In this document: positions 1 to 10,040 of the stretch, one piece after another | Numbering within the stretch: position 1 is the first letter of the stretch | Layout of the letters: the number at the start of each line of letters is the position of its first letter | NCBI GenBank assembly: GCA_963719495.1 | Contig: CAVRCI010000001.1 | Location: 224,001-288,000, forward strand | Origin: an uncultured Verrucomicrobiae bacterium | Lineage (GTDB): Bacteria > Verrucomicrobiota > Verrucomicrobiia > Chthoniobacterales > JAATET01 | Direction: 5' to 3' | DNA: 64,000 nt | Notes under the pieces: model-generated | Databases searched by the model: none | What the model was told of the DNA's origin: nothing | The model's input: only the letters and a program-made list of their open reading frames with translations | Program-made: the position numbers and the translations under genes

Positions 1-213
1 GATGGCCTCAAGCACGGCGGCGAAATGCTCGCGCAATTCGGCCCGCTCCCGCTCATCCTCGGCCTCATCGCCGCCTGGATCAGCGCCTTTTTCGCGGTCA
101 AATGGATGGTCGACTACCTGAACCGCCACAGCCTCGCCGTCTTCGGTTACTACCGCATCGGATTGGCGATCGTCGTCACCGCCCTCATTCTCACCGGAAC
201 GCTCACCTTCTAG
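1..213 (+). CDS. uppP: Undecaprenyl-diphosphate phosphatase (BacA/UppP), 3' end only
   Basis: Frame is open from position 1; C-terminal TM pattern '[26 protein letters not shown]' matches the BacA 'F..YR' terminus. Confidence 0.85.
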   Translation, partial: DGLKHGGEMLAQFGPLPLILGLIAAWISAFFAVKWMVDYLNRHSLAVFGYYRIGLAIVVTALILTGTLTF

Positions 214-277
214 AGCAATCCAAAATCGGAAAACGAAAATCCAAAATTCAACCATCCTCCCCGACCTCCAAGCCTGC

Positions 278-640
278 GTGCTCTGCGAGGACGTCCGCGC
301 CGAGGCCAGCGGTCAGCAAACCCTCGTCGGCGTCATTACGGCGATCCCCGCGCAGACGCTCCCGATCGCTTTCTTCAAGCTCTGCCTCTGGGCACGCTGG
401 TCCGGCGGCGAGGGCCGTTTCCGTCAGCGGGCCGCCATCATCGCCCCCGACGACCAGACGAAACTCGCCGAGTTCCAGGTCGACTTCCAACTCCAGGAAA
501 TGAGCGCCAACGCCACGAACGTGCACGTTTTCGGCGGTCTGCGCTTCGAGGAAGCGGGCCTCCATTCCATCGAGGTCTACCTCGACGACGAACTTCAGCT
601 CCGCATCCCGCTGGCGGTCATTCTCGTCCAAGGGAACTGA
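278..640 (+). CDS. Small beta-rich hypothetical protein (DUF6941-like); true start may lie a few codons upstream
   Basis: 'LCEDVRAEASGQQTLVGV...FEEAGLHSIEVYLDD' pattern; typical coding codon usage. Confidence 0.65.
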   Translation: MLCEDVRAEASGQQTLVGVITAIPAQTLPIAFFKLCLWARWSGGEGRFRQRAAIIAPDDQTKLAEFQVDFQLQEMSANATNVHVFGGLRFEEAGLHSIEVYLDDELQLRIPLAVILVQGN

Positions 641-702
641 CGCCGCTCCTTGTTGCCACCGCGCTTGCAGGGCCGAAAACCACCGGGTAAAGTTTCCGTC
701 CC

Positions 703-1470
703 ATGCGTAAGTCGCCGTTCTGGATCATTCTCCTCGCACTCGTCGCAGTGTTGATCGGAGCGCCGACCGAACAAAAGGCCCGCGTCCGTCTCGCCGACGG
801 GTTCGATTTCCCCGTCGGCAAGCCCAACGCCGACAAATACTACAAAGCCCGCGGCATGCGCCCCAATGGCCACCTTGGCGAGGATTGGAACGGCATCCGC
901 GGCGGGAATTCCGACCTCGGCGATCCCGTCTGGTCCGTCGCCCACGGCATGGTGCTCCTCGCCAAGGACATGCGCAAAGGCTGGGGCAACTCCGTCATCG
1001 TCCGCCACGTCTACCTCGAAGGGAACAATCTCGTCGCCCTCGACGCGATGTACACTCACCTCGACGCCATCAACGTCAAGGTCGGTCAGCAGGTCGAACG
1101 CGGCGAGCAAATCGGCACCATCGGATCGAATCGCGGCATGTACACCGCCCACCTCCACTTCGAGATGCGAAAAAATCTCAACATCGGCATGAACCGGTCC
1201 GCCTTCAGCCGGGGCTACGAAAATTACTACAACCCCACCGAGTTCATCACCAAACACCGCCAGACCCCCGGCGGCAAACGCAGCGAGCTGATCGCCATCA
1301 ACACCTTCGGCGACGGCCAGGTCGTCAGCGAAGACCGCAGCGATGAATCCGAGGTCAGCACCGCCAAAAACGAAGACCGCGCCCCCTCGCCCCCCAGCAG
1401 CGTCCGCCCCAGCGGCAAACGCAAAAGTACCTTCCGAGTCGACCGCTTCGACGAGGTCGACTCGCTTTAA
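703..1470 (+). CDS. M23 family metallopeptidase (peptidoglycan endopeptidase)
   Basis: Signal peptide, HLGED (HxxxD), YTHL and HLHFE (HxH) motifs. Confidence 0.9.
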   Translation: MRKSPFWIILLALVAVLIGAPTEQKARVRLADGFDFPVGKPNADKYYKARGMRPNGHLGEDWNGIRGGNSDLGDPVWSVAHGMVLLAKDMRKGWGNSVIVRHVYLEGNNLVALDAMYTHLDAINVKVGQQVERGEQIGTIGSNRGMYTAHLHFEMRKNLNIGMNRSAFSRGYENYYNPTEFITKHRQTPGGKRSELIAINTFGDGQVVSEDRSDESEVSTAKNEDRAPSPPSSVRPSGKRKSTFRVDRFDEVDSL

Positions 1471-1540
1471 GGCGATACGCAACCGAGCCACAACCCGTTC
1501 CCGCTCGACCAGGCAGACCCCCGCCGCAACGAATCCAAAC

Positions 1541-1570
1541 CTGTCATGCTGAGCGAAGCGAAGCATCTCT
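1541..1570 (+). repeat. REP-like repeat family D (ctgtcatNNtgagcgaagcgaa..atctct)
   Basis: Near-identical copy at 11092-11121; related copies at 45344-45370, 45490-45519 (inverted) and 61674-61693. Confidence 0.8.
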
Positions 1571-1642
1571 GGCTGGCACCGCACCCCGACGCGACCGCAC
1601 GGACACAAGCCGCGCCTCACCCGCCGCCAGTCAGCGGAGCCT

Positions 1643-2941
1643 TTAAGCCCGACCGATCGAGTGATAGGTGAAGCCGTGGCCACGAACGGTCGCCGGATCG
1701 AATAGATTCCGTCCATCGAAGATCAACGGCGTGTGCATCCGCTTCTTCAACTCATCGAAATTCGCGGTGGCAAATTCGTGCCACTCGGTCGCGATGATCA
1801 ACGCCTCGGCACCCTCGGCTGCCGCCATCGCGGATTCCGCGAGCTTCGCGCCCTCGATCATCTTGTATTCCCGCGACTTCTCCATGCCCTTCGGATCGTA
1901 GGCGGTCACGTCCGCGCCTTCCTTGATCAGATCGTTGATCACGTCGACGGCGACCGATGTGCGGACGTCATCCGTGTCGGGCTTGAAGGTGATTCCCCAC
2001 ACCGCGATTTTCTTGTCGCGAAGCACCCAGAGGGCCTCGCGGATTTTCGCCAGAAAACGGTCCCGCTGATCCCGATTGATCTTCTCGACCTCCTTGAGCA
2101 GCGTGAACGGCACGCCGAGTTGATCGCTGATCGCGATGAACGCCGCGATGTCCTTCGGAAAACACGAGCCGCCGTAGCCGATGCCGGCGTTGAGGAAATT
2201 CCGTCCGATCCGCTTGTCGGACCCGATGCCGTCGGCCACCTTCTCGACGTCGGCTCCGCTGGCCTCGCAGATCTTCGACACCGCGTTGATGTAGGAGATC
2301 TTGAGCGCGAGGAACGAATTCGCCGCGTGCTTGATCAGCTCCGCGCTGTTGACGTCGGTCACGATGATCGGGGCCATGAAGGGCTCGTAGATCTGGCGCA
2401 TCAGGTTGGTCGCCCGGTCGCTCGACGAGCCGATCACGACGCGGTCGGGATTCATGAGATCGGGCACGGCGCAGCCTTCGCGGAGAAATTCCGGATTGCT
2501 CACAACGTCAAAGTCGGCACCGGCCTGGTTGTAGCGACGAATCGTCTCGGCCACCTTCTCGCCGGTCTTCACCGGAACGGTGCTCTTGTCGACGATCACG
2601 CGATACTCCTTGAGCACGCCGGCGATCTCGCGAGCGACCCGCTCGATGTAGGAGAGATCCACGCTGCCGTCGGGCTGTGGCGGCGTCGGCACCGCGATGA
2701 AGACGACCTCGGACTCGTCGACTCCCTCTTCGATGCTGGCGGTAAATTTGAGACGGCCCGCACTCACGTTCTTCGTAACGATTTCCTCCAAACCGGGCTC
2801 GTAGATCGGAATCTGTCCGGAGCGCAGCATCTCGACCTTGCGACTGTCGTTGTCGACGCAGATGACGTGGTGGCCGACTTCCGCGAAGCAAGCGCCCGAG
2901 ACCAGGCCGACGTAACCAGAACCAATAATACAGAGTTTCAT
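1643..2941 (-). CDS. ugd: UDP-glucose 6-dehydrogenase
   Basis: MKLCIIGSGYVGL Rossmann start, SNPEFLREG, GYGGSCFPKD catalytic Cys, FKPDTDD. Confidence 0.95.
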   Translation of the reverse strand: MKLCIIGSGYVGLVSGACFAEVGHHVICVDNDSRKVEMLRSGQIPIYEPGLEEIVTKNVSAGRLKFTASIEEGVDESEVVFIAVPTPPQPDGSVDLSYIERVAREIAGVLKEYRVIVDKSTVPVKTGEKVAETIRRYNQAGADFDVVSNPEFLREGCAVPDLMNPDRVVIGSSSDRATNLMRQIYEPFMAPIIVTDVNSAELIKHAANSFLALKISYINAVSKICEASGADVEKVADGIGSDKRIGRNFLNAGIGYGGSCFPKDIAAFIAISDQLGVPFTLLKEVEKINRDQRDRFLAKIREALWVLRDKKIAVWGITFKPDTDDVRTSVAVDVINDLIKEGADVTAYDPKGMEKSREYKMIEGAKLAESAMAAAEGAEALIIATEWHEFATANFDELKKRMHTPLIFDGRNLFDPATVRGHGFTYHSIGRA

Positions 2942-2984
2942 GTGAATGGAGTGAGTTGAGAGAAGGGAGAAGTCTCGAAATCGA

Positions 2985-5459
2985 TCACTGGGCACCGTCG
3001 CCACCCAGGGGCGTCGTGGCCGGATCGTACGCGAGGGGGAGAGAAATCTGCGGCGCGTCCTTGAGCGACATGGTCAACACGAGACCGTATTCCGTGTCGC
3101 CGCCCCGGTTTTCCCGGACCTCGCCGCCGAAGGACATGATCCACGCCGAAAGGTCCCGGTGGACGGAATACCGTTGGAAGAGCAGCAGATTGTCCTCGGC
3201 TTCGTAGGTGCCCTGCGCGCTCACGCCCCAATGCGGATTCACTTGGTAGTAACCGTAGGCGGAGAGCTGATTGCTGTCCTGGAAGAAAGGGTTGTCCTCG
3301 ATGTATCGGTTGCTGAACTGAAGCAACAGATCCCGCATCGGCATGAACAGGATGGACGTGTTGATGTCGGTGAACCCGTCGTCGGTGATCGGCGTTTGCG
3401 CGTCCATTCGGAACGACGCCCAGGGGAGCGGCTTGAACTCGATGCGGTTCACGACGTTCGAGACGTCACCCGCGCCGTTGTCGAGGTAGGGGTCGTTGAA
3501 ATTGATGTCGAAGAACGAGTCGATCACGAACCATTCCCAATTACTGTCCCCCCGGCGGGTCGTGAATCGGTTGCGGCTGCCCAGCCGCACGATGCTCCAA
3601 TCGTCGATCGAGTCGATCGCGACGAACTGCGGGAAATCGAGCGGCAGCGGCTCGGTCGAGGGTACGACGCGGTCGAACTGCAAAATCTGATCCCGCGAAT
3701 CGCCGAGGTTCTCGACGTAGGAAAAATTCACGTAGGGCTGATTCGTGTGCAGAACGCCGTCCAGGCCAAGCATCCGCGACTGGATCGCCTCGTATTTTTT
3801 CGACAGCTTGAACGACGCTTCGAGTCCAGCGTTGAAGACCGGGCGCAACGTAGCCCCTCCCGACTGCAGTTCGCGACCGCGCAGGTCGGTTCCGTTCTCG
3901 ATGAGCGAGGCCTGAGTATCCAGCGATTGGGCCGTCGCGAGCTGCGCCTGCTGGGAATTCGCCAACGCGGCGATCGACTGCTGCAGGCGGGCCCGCTGCA
4001 CCGGATTCTGCGAATTCTCCAGCGCGGCTTCCTGTTCCGAAAGCTTCGCCGCGGTCTGGGCCGCCAGCGAACGCTGACTGTCCGCACGCCCGCGGATGTT
4101 GTTGATCTGAACCTGCTGCTGATCGCTCAGCACCGCGACGGTGCGGCCGGTCTTGCTGTAATACGTCCCGCGAATACCCATCCGGGGGATCACCGAGAGC
4201 CAGCCGAAATACGTCCGGGCGTGGGAGATCTGGTGAAAGGTATCGAAGCGCGTCGCTTCGTAATCCGGGAAGATCGATCCATCCGCAAAGGCGCGCTTGT
4301 ATTGCCCGACGCTGGACTCGCCGTCGTAATAAATCGGCAGGCCAAAGAGCTGGTGCTGCTTGAAGTCGATCGCCAGCTCGGGGAGTCGCTCCGTCGTCTC
4401 GTAGAAATCGTTCACCTGGAAGCGCGTCAGCAGCGTGATCGTGTAGAATTCGTTCCACTTGGTCAGCGAAAGGAAGTTGTCCGGCTGCGGATCGGTTCGG
4501 AATTCGTTCGGGTAGTAGTCTTCGAGGAAATCGATGTCGCTCAGGGCGTTGATGTCCGCCGTCGCGTAGATGTCGTCGGTCACGAACAGCCGGTGCTGGA
4601 AGCTGATCCGATAGCGGTCGCTCTCACCTTCCTCCGGCGGCTCGCCCCGCCCACCGACTCGATCCTCCGGGTCGATGTCGTTCGCGTAGTAGGCGCGGAA
4701 AGTTCCGTAGCTCCGGTCGTCGAGACCGTATTTGAAGTCCGCGTCGAACCCGACGCCGAAGCCCAGCTCGGTGCGGTAATCCGTGTTCACCGTGCCGATG
4801 ATCGCCCCGCTCCGCCCAATCGGGAAGCTGTAGCCGACCAGAGTGTAATAGCCGACCCGCGAGTCGTAACCCGGCCGGATCGTGAACCCGGTGTTATTCG
4901 TGAAGGCGAACAGGTAAGGGAAGTAGAAGACCGGGACATTCCCGATGTAAAAGACCGAGTCCGTGAAAACGACCCGCGAGTCCGGGTAGATCCGCACCTT
5001 CTTCGCCTTGATCCGGAAATCCGGCTGGGACGAGTCGTCCGTCGTGAACGTCGCATTCGTGACGTTGAACTGATTCAACGACGGAGCCTGCAGACTGAGC
5101 GCCCGGAATTTGAGCGGAAAACTCTCGCCCGTCATCTCGAGCGCGCGGATCTGCTTGCTCTCGAGGTTGTAGAGCGCACGCTGACTCGTCAGCAGATTGT
5201 CCGCCGTGTAGATCCGGACGTCGCCAATGAGCAGGACGTCCCGCGTGTCGGGATTATACTCCGCGTAATCCGTGTAGATGCTGATGTCCTGATAGTGGAT
5301 CTGGACGTTGTCTTCGGCGACCGCGACGCCACCCTCGAACCGGGTCTCGCCATCCGCAGTGATCTCGACCGGCACATCGCCGAAGCTGCCAAACTGGGCC
5401 GACGCCGTCGACGACAGCCCGCCAAACACCAATACCAACAGCCAACGCAACCTCATCAT
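2985..5459 (-). CDS. lptD: LPS-assembly outer-membrane protein LptD
   Basis: Signal peptide, OstA-like N-terminus, 'FRIKAKKVRIYPD..GNVPVFYFPY', 'TERLPE' and beta-barrel periodicity. Confidence 0.85.
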   Translation of the reverse strand: MMRLRWLLVLVFGGLSSTASAQFGSFGDVPVEITADGETRFEGGVAVAEDNVQIHYQDISIYTDYAEYNPDTRDVLLIGDVRIYTADNLLTSQRALYNLESKQIRALEMTGESFPLKFRALSLQAPSLNQFNVTNATFTTDDSSQPDFRIKAKKVRIYPDSRVVFTDSVFYIGNVPVFYFPYLFAFTNNTGFTIRPGYDSRVGYYTLVGYSFPIGRSGAIIGTVNTDYRTELGFGVGFDADFKYGLDDRSYGTFRAYYANDIDPEDRVGGRGEPPEEGESDRYRISFQHRLFVTDDIYATADINALSDIDFLEDYYPNEFRTDPQPDNFLSLTKWNEFYTITLLTRFQVNDFYETTERLPELAIDFKQHQLFGLPIYYDGESSVGQYKRAFADGSIFPDYEATRFDTFHQISHARTYFGWLSVIPRMGIRGTYYSKTGRTVAVLSDQQQVQINNIRGRADSQRSLAAQTAAKLSEQEAALENSQNPVQRARLQQSIAALANSQQAQLATAQSLDTQASLIENGTDLRGRELQSGGATLRPVFNAGLEASFKLSKKYEAIQSRMLGLDGVLHTNQPYVNFSYVENLGDSRDQILQFDRVVPSTEPLPLDFPQFVAIDSIDDWSIVRLGSRNRFTTRRGDSNWEWFVIDSFFDINFNDPYLDNGAGDVSNVVNRIEFKPLPWASFRMDAQTPITDDGFTDINTSILFMPMRDLLLQFSNRYIEDNPFFQDSNQLSAYGYYQVNPHWGVSAQGTYEAEDNLLLFQRYSVHRDLSAWIMSFGGEVRENRGGDTEYGLVLTMSLKDAPQISLPLAYDPATTPLGGDGAQ

Positions 5460-5514
5460 TCGGAAGGGCGAGGCTACGGAGCAAAGAACCCCGCGCAAGG
5501 AAAATCCCGGCAAA

Positions 5515-6489
5515 TCAATCCCCGTATCCGGTCGGATTCTTCAAGTGCCACGCCCAGGCGCTTTCGATGATTTTCCGGATATCCTGATACTTGGGTTCCC
5601 ACCCGAGTTCGGCGCGGATTTTGTCCGAAGCGGCGATCAAGCGCGGCGGATCGCCAGCCCGGCGCGGCTTCTCCACGATCGGGATGTCCTTCCCGGAGAC
5701 CGCCCGGCACGTGTCGATGATCTCGCGCACCGACGTCCCACCACCGGTTCCCAGGTTGTAGAACGCGCTCTTCCCGGCATCGAGCGCCCGCATGTGCGCG
5801 TCGGCCAGATCGAAGATGTGAATGTAGTCGCGAATGCACGTCCCGTCGGGTGTGTCGTAATCCGTCCCGTAGATCTCCGCCGCCTGCTTCTGACCGAGCG
5901 CGACCTTGAGCACGTTCGGGATGAGGTGCGTCTCGATTCGGTGGTCCTCGCCAAATTTCTCGCTCGCCCCCGCCGCATTGAAATACCGCAACGCCACGAA
6001 CTTCAGATCGTGAATCTCGCCATACCAGCGCAGAATTTTTTCGAACAACAACTTCGACTCGCCGTAGGGATTGATCGGCACCTGCGGCAATGTCTCGTCG
6101 AGTGGCATCCGGTCCGGAATCCCGAAGGTCGCGCACGTCGACGAAAAGACGAGCCGCCGCACGTCGTTCGAGATCATGGCCTCGAGTAGATTGAGTCCGT
6201 GGCAGACGTTGTTGCGAAAATACTTCGCCGGATTCGTCATCGACTCACCGACCAGCGCGTTCGCCGCGAAGTGCATCACGGCGTCGGGCTTGTATTCCTG
6301 GATCGCGAGGCCGATCACCTTGGGGTCACTCAGGTCTCCCTCGAAAAAACGTGCCCGGGAATCGACCGCCTTCTGGTGACCTTCGGTGAGATTATCGAAG
6401 ACGCCGACCTTATGGCCCGCGTCTAGAAGCTGCTCCACGCAAATGCTACCAATGTAGCCCGCACCGCCCGTGACAAAAATTCTCTTCAT
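5515..6489 (-). CDS. galE: UDP-glucose 4-epimerase
   Basis: TGGAGYIGS, FSSTCA, YGESK (YxxxK), LRYFN, DGTCIRDYIH. Confidence 0.95.
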   Translation of the reverse strand: MKRIFVTGGAGYIGSICVEQLLDAGHKVGVFDNLTEGHQKAVDSRARFFEGDLSDPKVIGLAIQEYKPDAVMHFAANALVGESMTNPAKYFRNNVCHGLNLLEAMISNDVRRLVFSSTCATFGIPDRMPLDETLPQVPINPYGESKLLFEKILRWYGEIHDLKFVALRYFNAAGASEKFGEDHRIETHLIPNVLKVALGQKQAAEIYGTDYDTPDGTCIRDYIHIFDLADAHMRALDAGKSAFYNLGTGGGTSVREIIDTCRAVSGKDIPIVEKPRRAGDPPRLIAASDKIRAELGWEPKYQDIRKIIESAWAWHLKNPTGYGD

Positions 6490-6540
6490 GCGCCGCGCAC
6501 CATACCGGGACAAACCACCCGATCAAGCTCACCGTTCGCT

Positions 6541-8991
6541 ATGCAAACGCATCATCTCCTGCCAAAACTCCTCGCCGTGCGCATCCCGCCCCCCCTCCGG
6601 CTTCCGCTCGTCCTGGCCGTTACGGCAGTCGCGTTGTCGGATTTCGCTCGCGCCCAGGACTCGACAACCTTCCCGGCGGACGAAGCCAACGTCCGCGAAC
6701 TCCTCCGCACCGGATCCTACCCGGAAGCCCTCGCCGCCGCCGAACGCTCCGCCCGCTTCCCCGATCATCCGATCCAGCGGGCGCTGTTGCTCCACCACGC
6801 GATGACTCCCCTCCGTCCGCGCGACCGAGCCCTCGGCCAACTCTACGCCGCCGTCCGCAACCCGACCGACCTCGCCAACGCGACGCCCGACTCCCTCATC
6901 GCGCTCGGCCGAGCCCGCCTCCTCCTCGGCGACGACCCGCGCGAGATCATCCGCCAATGCTACGATCCCGCCAAAGCCGCGGCCCCGAAAGATCCCGCCC
7001 CGCTGATCGCCATCGGCGACCTCGCTCTCGCCAAGCGGGACGACCACCTCGCCGCGACCCACTACCGCGCGGCCCTCGCCCTGCTTCCCGCCAACGCACC
7101 CGACCCCGACGTCCTCGCCCGCCTCGCCCGCGCCCTCTCGCCGACCAACCCCCGCGCCACCGACGACACCCTCGCCGCCGCGCTCACCGCCGATCCGACC
7201 AACCTCCCCGCCCTTCAGCTCCAGGCCGAAACTCTCATCGCCCGCGACCAATTCGACGAAGCCCGCGCGGCCATCGCCAGAATCCTCGCCGTCAATCCCC
7301 ACCACGTCGCCGCCCACGCCCTCACCGCCGCCATCGCCCAACTCACCGGCGACTCCGCCGCCATGGCCGCCGCCCGCGCCCGCGCCCTCGCGCCCTGGCC
7401 GGGCAGCCCCGAACCCGACCTCCTCATCGGCCGCACCCTCGCCGCCCAGATCCGCCCCGCCGAAGCCATCGAATTCCTCCGCCTCGCCCTCCGCGCCGAC
7501 CCCAACAATCTCGAAACCAACTTCCTCCTCGGCTCCACCCTCCTCCGCTTCGGTCGCGAGCCGGAAGGCTGGCCCTTCATCGAAGCCACCTTCGACGCCG
7601 ACCCCTACCACGTCGCCGCCTTCAACCTGCTCGAACTCCGCGACCGCACCGACCGCCACACCACCCTCGAACGCGACGGCATCCGCCTCCGCATGGACCC
7701 GACCCAGGCCACCGTCTACGGCCAACGCGCCCTCGACCTCCTCGCCCGCGCCCGCGACACGCTCACGGCAAAATACCGCACCGCCGTCCCGAATCCCGTC
7801 ACCGTCGAGATCTACGCCGACCAGCGTGACTTCGCCATCCGCACCTTCGGCGTCCCCGGGGGCGAGGGCTTCCTCGGCGTCTGCTTCGGCCCCCTGATCA
7901 CCGCCAGCGGCCCCGGCACCAACCTCGGCCGCGCGAACTGGGAAGCCGTCCTCTGGCACGAATTCGCCCACACCGTCACGCTCACCCACACCCACCACCG
8001 CATCCCCCGTTGGCTGTCCGAAGGCATCTCCGTCCACGAGGAACGCCGGGCCGACCCCCGCTGGGGCTTCGCCCTCACGCCCCGCCTTCGCCAGGCCATC
8101 GTCGAGGATAAAATCCCGCCCATCGACAAGCTCGACGCCGCCTTCCGCACCGGCGACTTCCCGCTCGCCTACTACGTCTCCTCACTCGCCGTCGACTACA
8201 TCGTCGCCACCCACGGTTTCGATTCCCTCCGCGCCGTCCTCGACGACCTCCGCGCCCGCCGCCCGCTCGCCGAGTCCCTCGCCGCCCGCCTCGCCCCGCT
8301 CCCCGACCTCCGCGCCGGCTTCACCGCCTACGCCAAAGAAATCACCACCGCCGCCGGCCCCAACCTCGATTGGACGCCCCTCACCGAATCCGACCAGGAC
8401 GCCATCGTCAACAACCCGGACGCCTGGCTCCAATCCCATCCCACCAACTACTGGGGCCTCACCGCCCACGCCCGCCACCTCGTCGAAAACGCCGACCACA
8501 CCACCGCCCGCCCCCTCCTCGAGCGCCTCGTCGACCTCTACCCCGGCAACCACGACGACCCCAATCCCCGCGCCCTCCTGGCCACCGTCTACAAACACCT
8601 CGACCAACCCGACCGCGAGCGCCGGACGCTCGCCGACCTCAACGCCCTCGACGCCGGCAACCTCCCCGCCCTCCACCGCCAACTCGAACTCACCACCGAT
8701 CCCGTCGAAACCGCCAAAATCACCGAAGCCCTCCTCGCCATCGACCCGCTCAACCCATTGACCCACGCCTCCCGTGCCGCCAACGCAACCCTCACCCCGA
8801 CCCAGCGGGATTCCGCCTTCACCGCCCTCCTCGCCCTCGGCCCACCCGACGAAGCCCGCACCCGCTACGACTACGCGCAATTCCTCCGCCCCACCGACCC
8901 GGAGCGATCCCGCCGCCAAGTCCTGAAGGCCCTCGAACAAACCCCCAGATACCGAGCCGCCCAAACCCTTCTCTTAGATCTCCAAAAATGA
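6541..8991 (+). CDS. Secreted TPR-repeat protein with clan MA (gluzincin-like) zinc peptidase domain
   Basis: Signal-like N-terminus, many TPR helices, HEFAH followed by 'PRWLSEGIS' (third-ligand Glu). Confidence 0.8.
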   Translation: MQTHHLLPKLLAVRIPPPLRLPLVLAVTAVALSDFARAQDSTTFPADEANVRELLRTGSYPEALAAAERSARFPDHPIQRALLLHHAMTPLRPRDRALGQLYAAVRNPTDLANATPDSLIALGRARLLLGDDPREIIRQCYDPAKAAAPKDPAPLIAIGDLALAKRDDHLAATHYRAALALLPANAPDPDVLARLARALSPTNPRATDDTLAAALTADPTNLPALQLQAETLIARDQFDEARAAIARILAVNPHHVAAHALTAAIAQLTGDSAAMAAARARALAPWPGSPEPDLLIGRTLAAQIRPAEAIEFLRLALRADPNNLETNFLLGSTLLRFGREPEGWPFIEATFDADPYHVAAFNLLELRDRTDRHTTLERDGIRLRMDPTQATVYGQRALDLLARARDTLTAKYRTAVPNPVTVEIYADQRDFAIRTFGVPGGEGFLGVCFGPLITASGPGTNLGRANWEAVLWHEFAHTVTLTHTHHRIPRWLSEGISVHEERRADPRWGFALTPRLRQAIVEDKIPPIDKLDAAFRTGDFPLAYYVSSLAVDYIVATHGFDSLRAVLDDLRARRPLAESLAARLAPLPDLRAGFTAYAKEITTAAGPNLDWTPLTESDQDAIVNNPDAWLQSHPTNYWGLTAHARHLVENADHTTARPLLERLVDLYPGNHDDPNPRALLATVYKHLDQPDRERRTLADLNALDAGNLPALHRQLELTTDPVETAKITEALLAIDPLNPLTHASRAANATLTPTQRDSAFTALLALGPPDEARTRYDYAQFLRPTDPERSRRQVLKALEQTPRYRAAQTLLLDLQK

Positions 8992-9872
8992 ACGCCAAGC
9001 GTGAACCGGGGGAAAACAGGCATCCTGCCTGTCGCGTCGGGGTTGCCTTCGGCGGTCTCCGCTCCGCTACGGCTCCAGCCCGACGCCTCGCCCAAACCGG
9101 CGCAGCCGCACTCCTCCTTCTCACGACCCTCCCCCCAAAAACCACCCAAGCCACCCCGGAAATCACCACCGACCGAGGCGGCACCCCCACTTGGAAGATC
9201 GACCCCCAATTCCTCGGCGAAGCCTTCACCTTCGTCCGCCTCCGCCCCCGCAACCACTCCGCGTGGCGCACCGACTTCCCCGACGCCGACATCAACTTTC
9301 CCTACCGCCTCCATCAACTCACCACCATCCTCGTCAACCCCGACCCCGTCGTCATCGAGGTCACCGACCCCGCCCTCCGCGACTACCCCTTCGTCTACAC
9401 CGCCGAACCAAGGACCCTCGACCTCCAACCCGACGAAGTCGAAATCCTCCGCGACTATCTTCTCAACGGCGGATTCCTCCTCGTCGACGACTTCTGGGGC
9501 GAATCCGAATGGGCCAACGCCTACCGCAACCTCGAGCTCATTTTCCCCAACCGCGAGCCCGTCGATCTCCCCCTCGACCACCCGATCTTTCACTCCGTCT
9601 TCGACCTCGAACGCAAACCCCAGATCCCGGACATCGAGACCGCCATCCAGGGCCGCTCGCAAGGCATCACCTGGGAAAAAGACGGACGCGATCCGCATTA
9701 CCAAGCCTGGTTCGACGACGAAGGCCGCATGATGGCCCTCCTCTGCCACAACACCGACCTCGGCGACGGCTGGGAACGCGAGGGCGAGAACGAATGGTTC
9801 TTCCACGAATTCTCCGAGAAGCAAGCCTACCCCATGGGCATCAACATCGTCTTCTACGTCCTAACCCATTAG
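8988..9872 (+). CDS. DUF4159 family protein
   Basis: ATGA overlap with upstream stop; 'WRTDFPDAD', 'YLLNGGFLLVDDFWG', 'DHPIFH', 'NTDLGDGWE', 'MGINIVFY'. Confidence 0.85.
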   Translation: MNAKREPGENRHPACRVGVAFGGLRSATAPARRLAQTGAAALLLLTTLPPKTTQATPEITTDRGGTPTWKIDPQFLGEAFTFVRLRPRNHSAWRTDFPDADINFPYRLHQLTTILVNPDPVVIEVTDPALRDYPFVYTAEPRTLDLQPDEVEILRDYLLNGGFLLVDDFWGESEWANAYRNLELIFPNREPVDLPLDHPIFHSVFDLERKPQIPDIETAIQGRSQGITWEKDGRDPHYQAWFDDEGRMMALLCHNTDLGDGWEREGENEWFFHEFSEKQAYPMGINIVFYVLTH

Positions 9873-10040
9873 CCGCTCTTTCTCTTAATCCTAATCTTTA
9901 TCGCTCTCCCAAACGCACCGCCGCCGGACATTCAATAACGAGACGAAGACAAAAAATAAGATTATGGGAAAGAGGGTGAAAATCCGAATTCCCGCATCCC
10001 AATTTCGAATTCCTCATTTCAAATTTCCCATTCATCCAAA

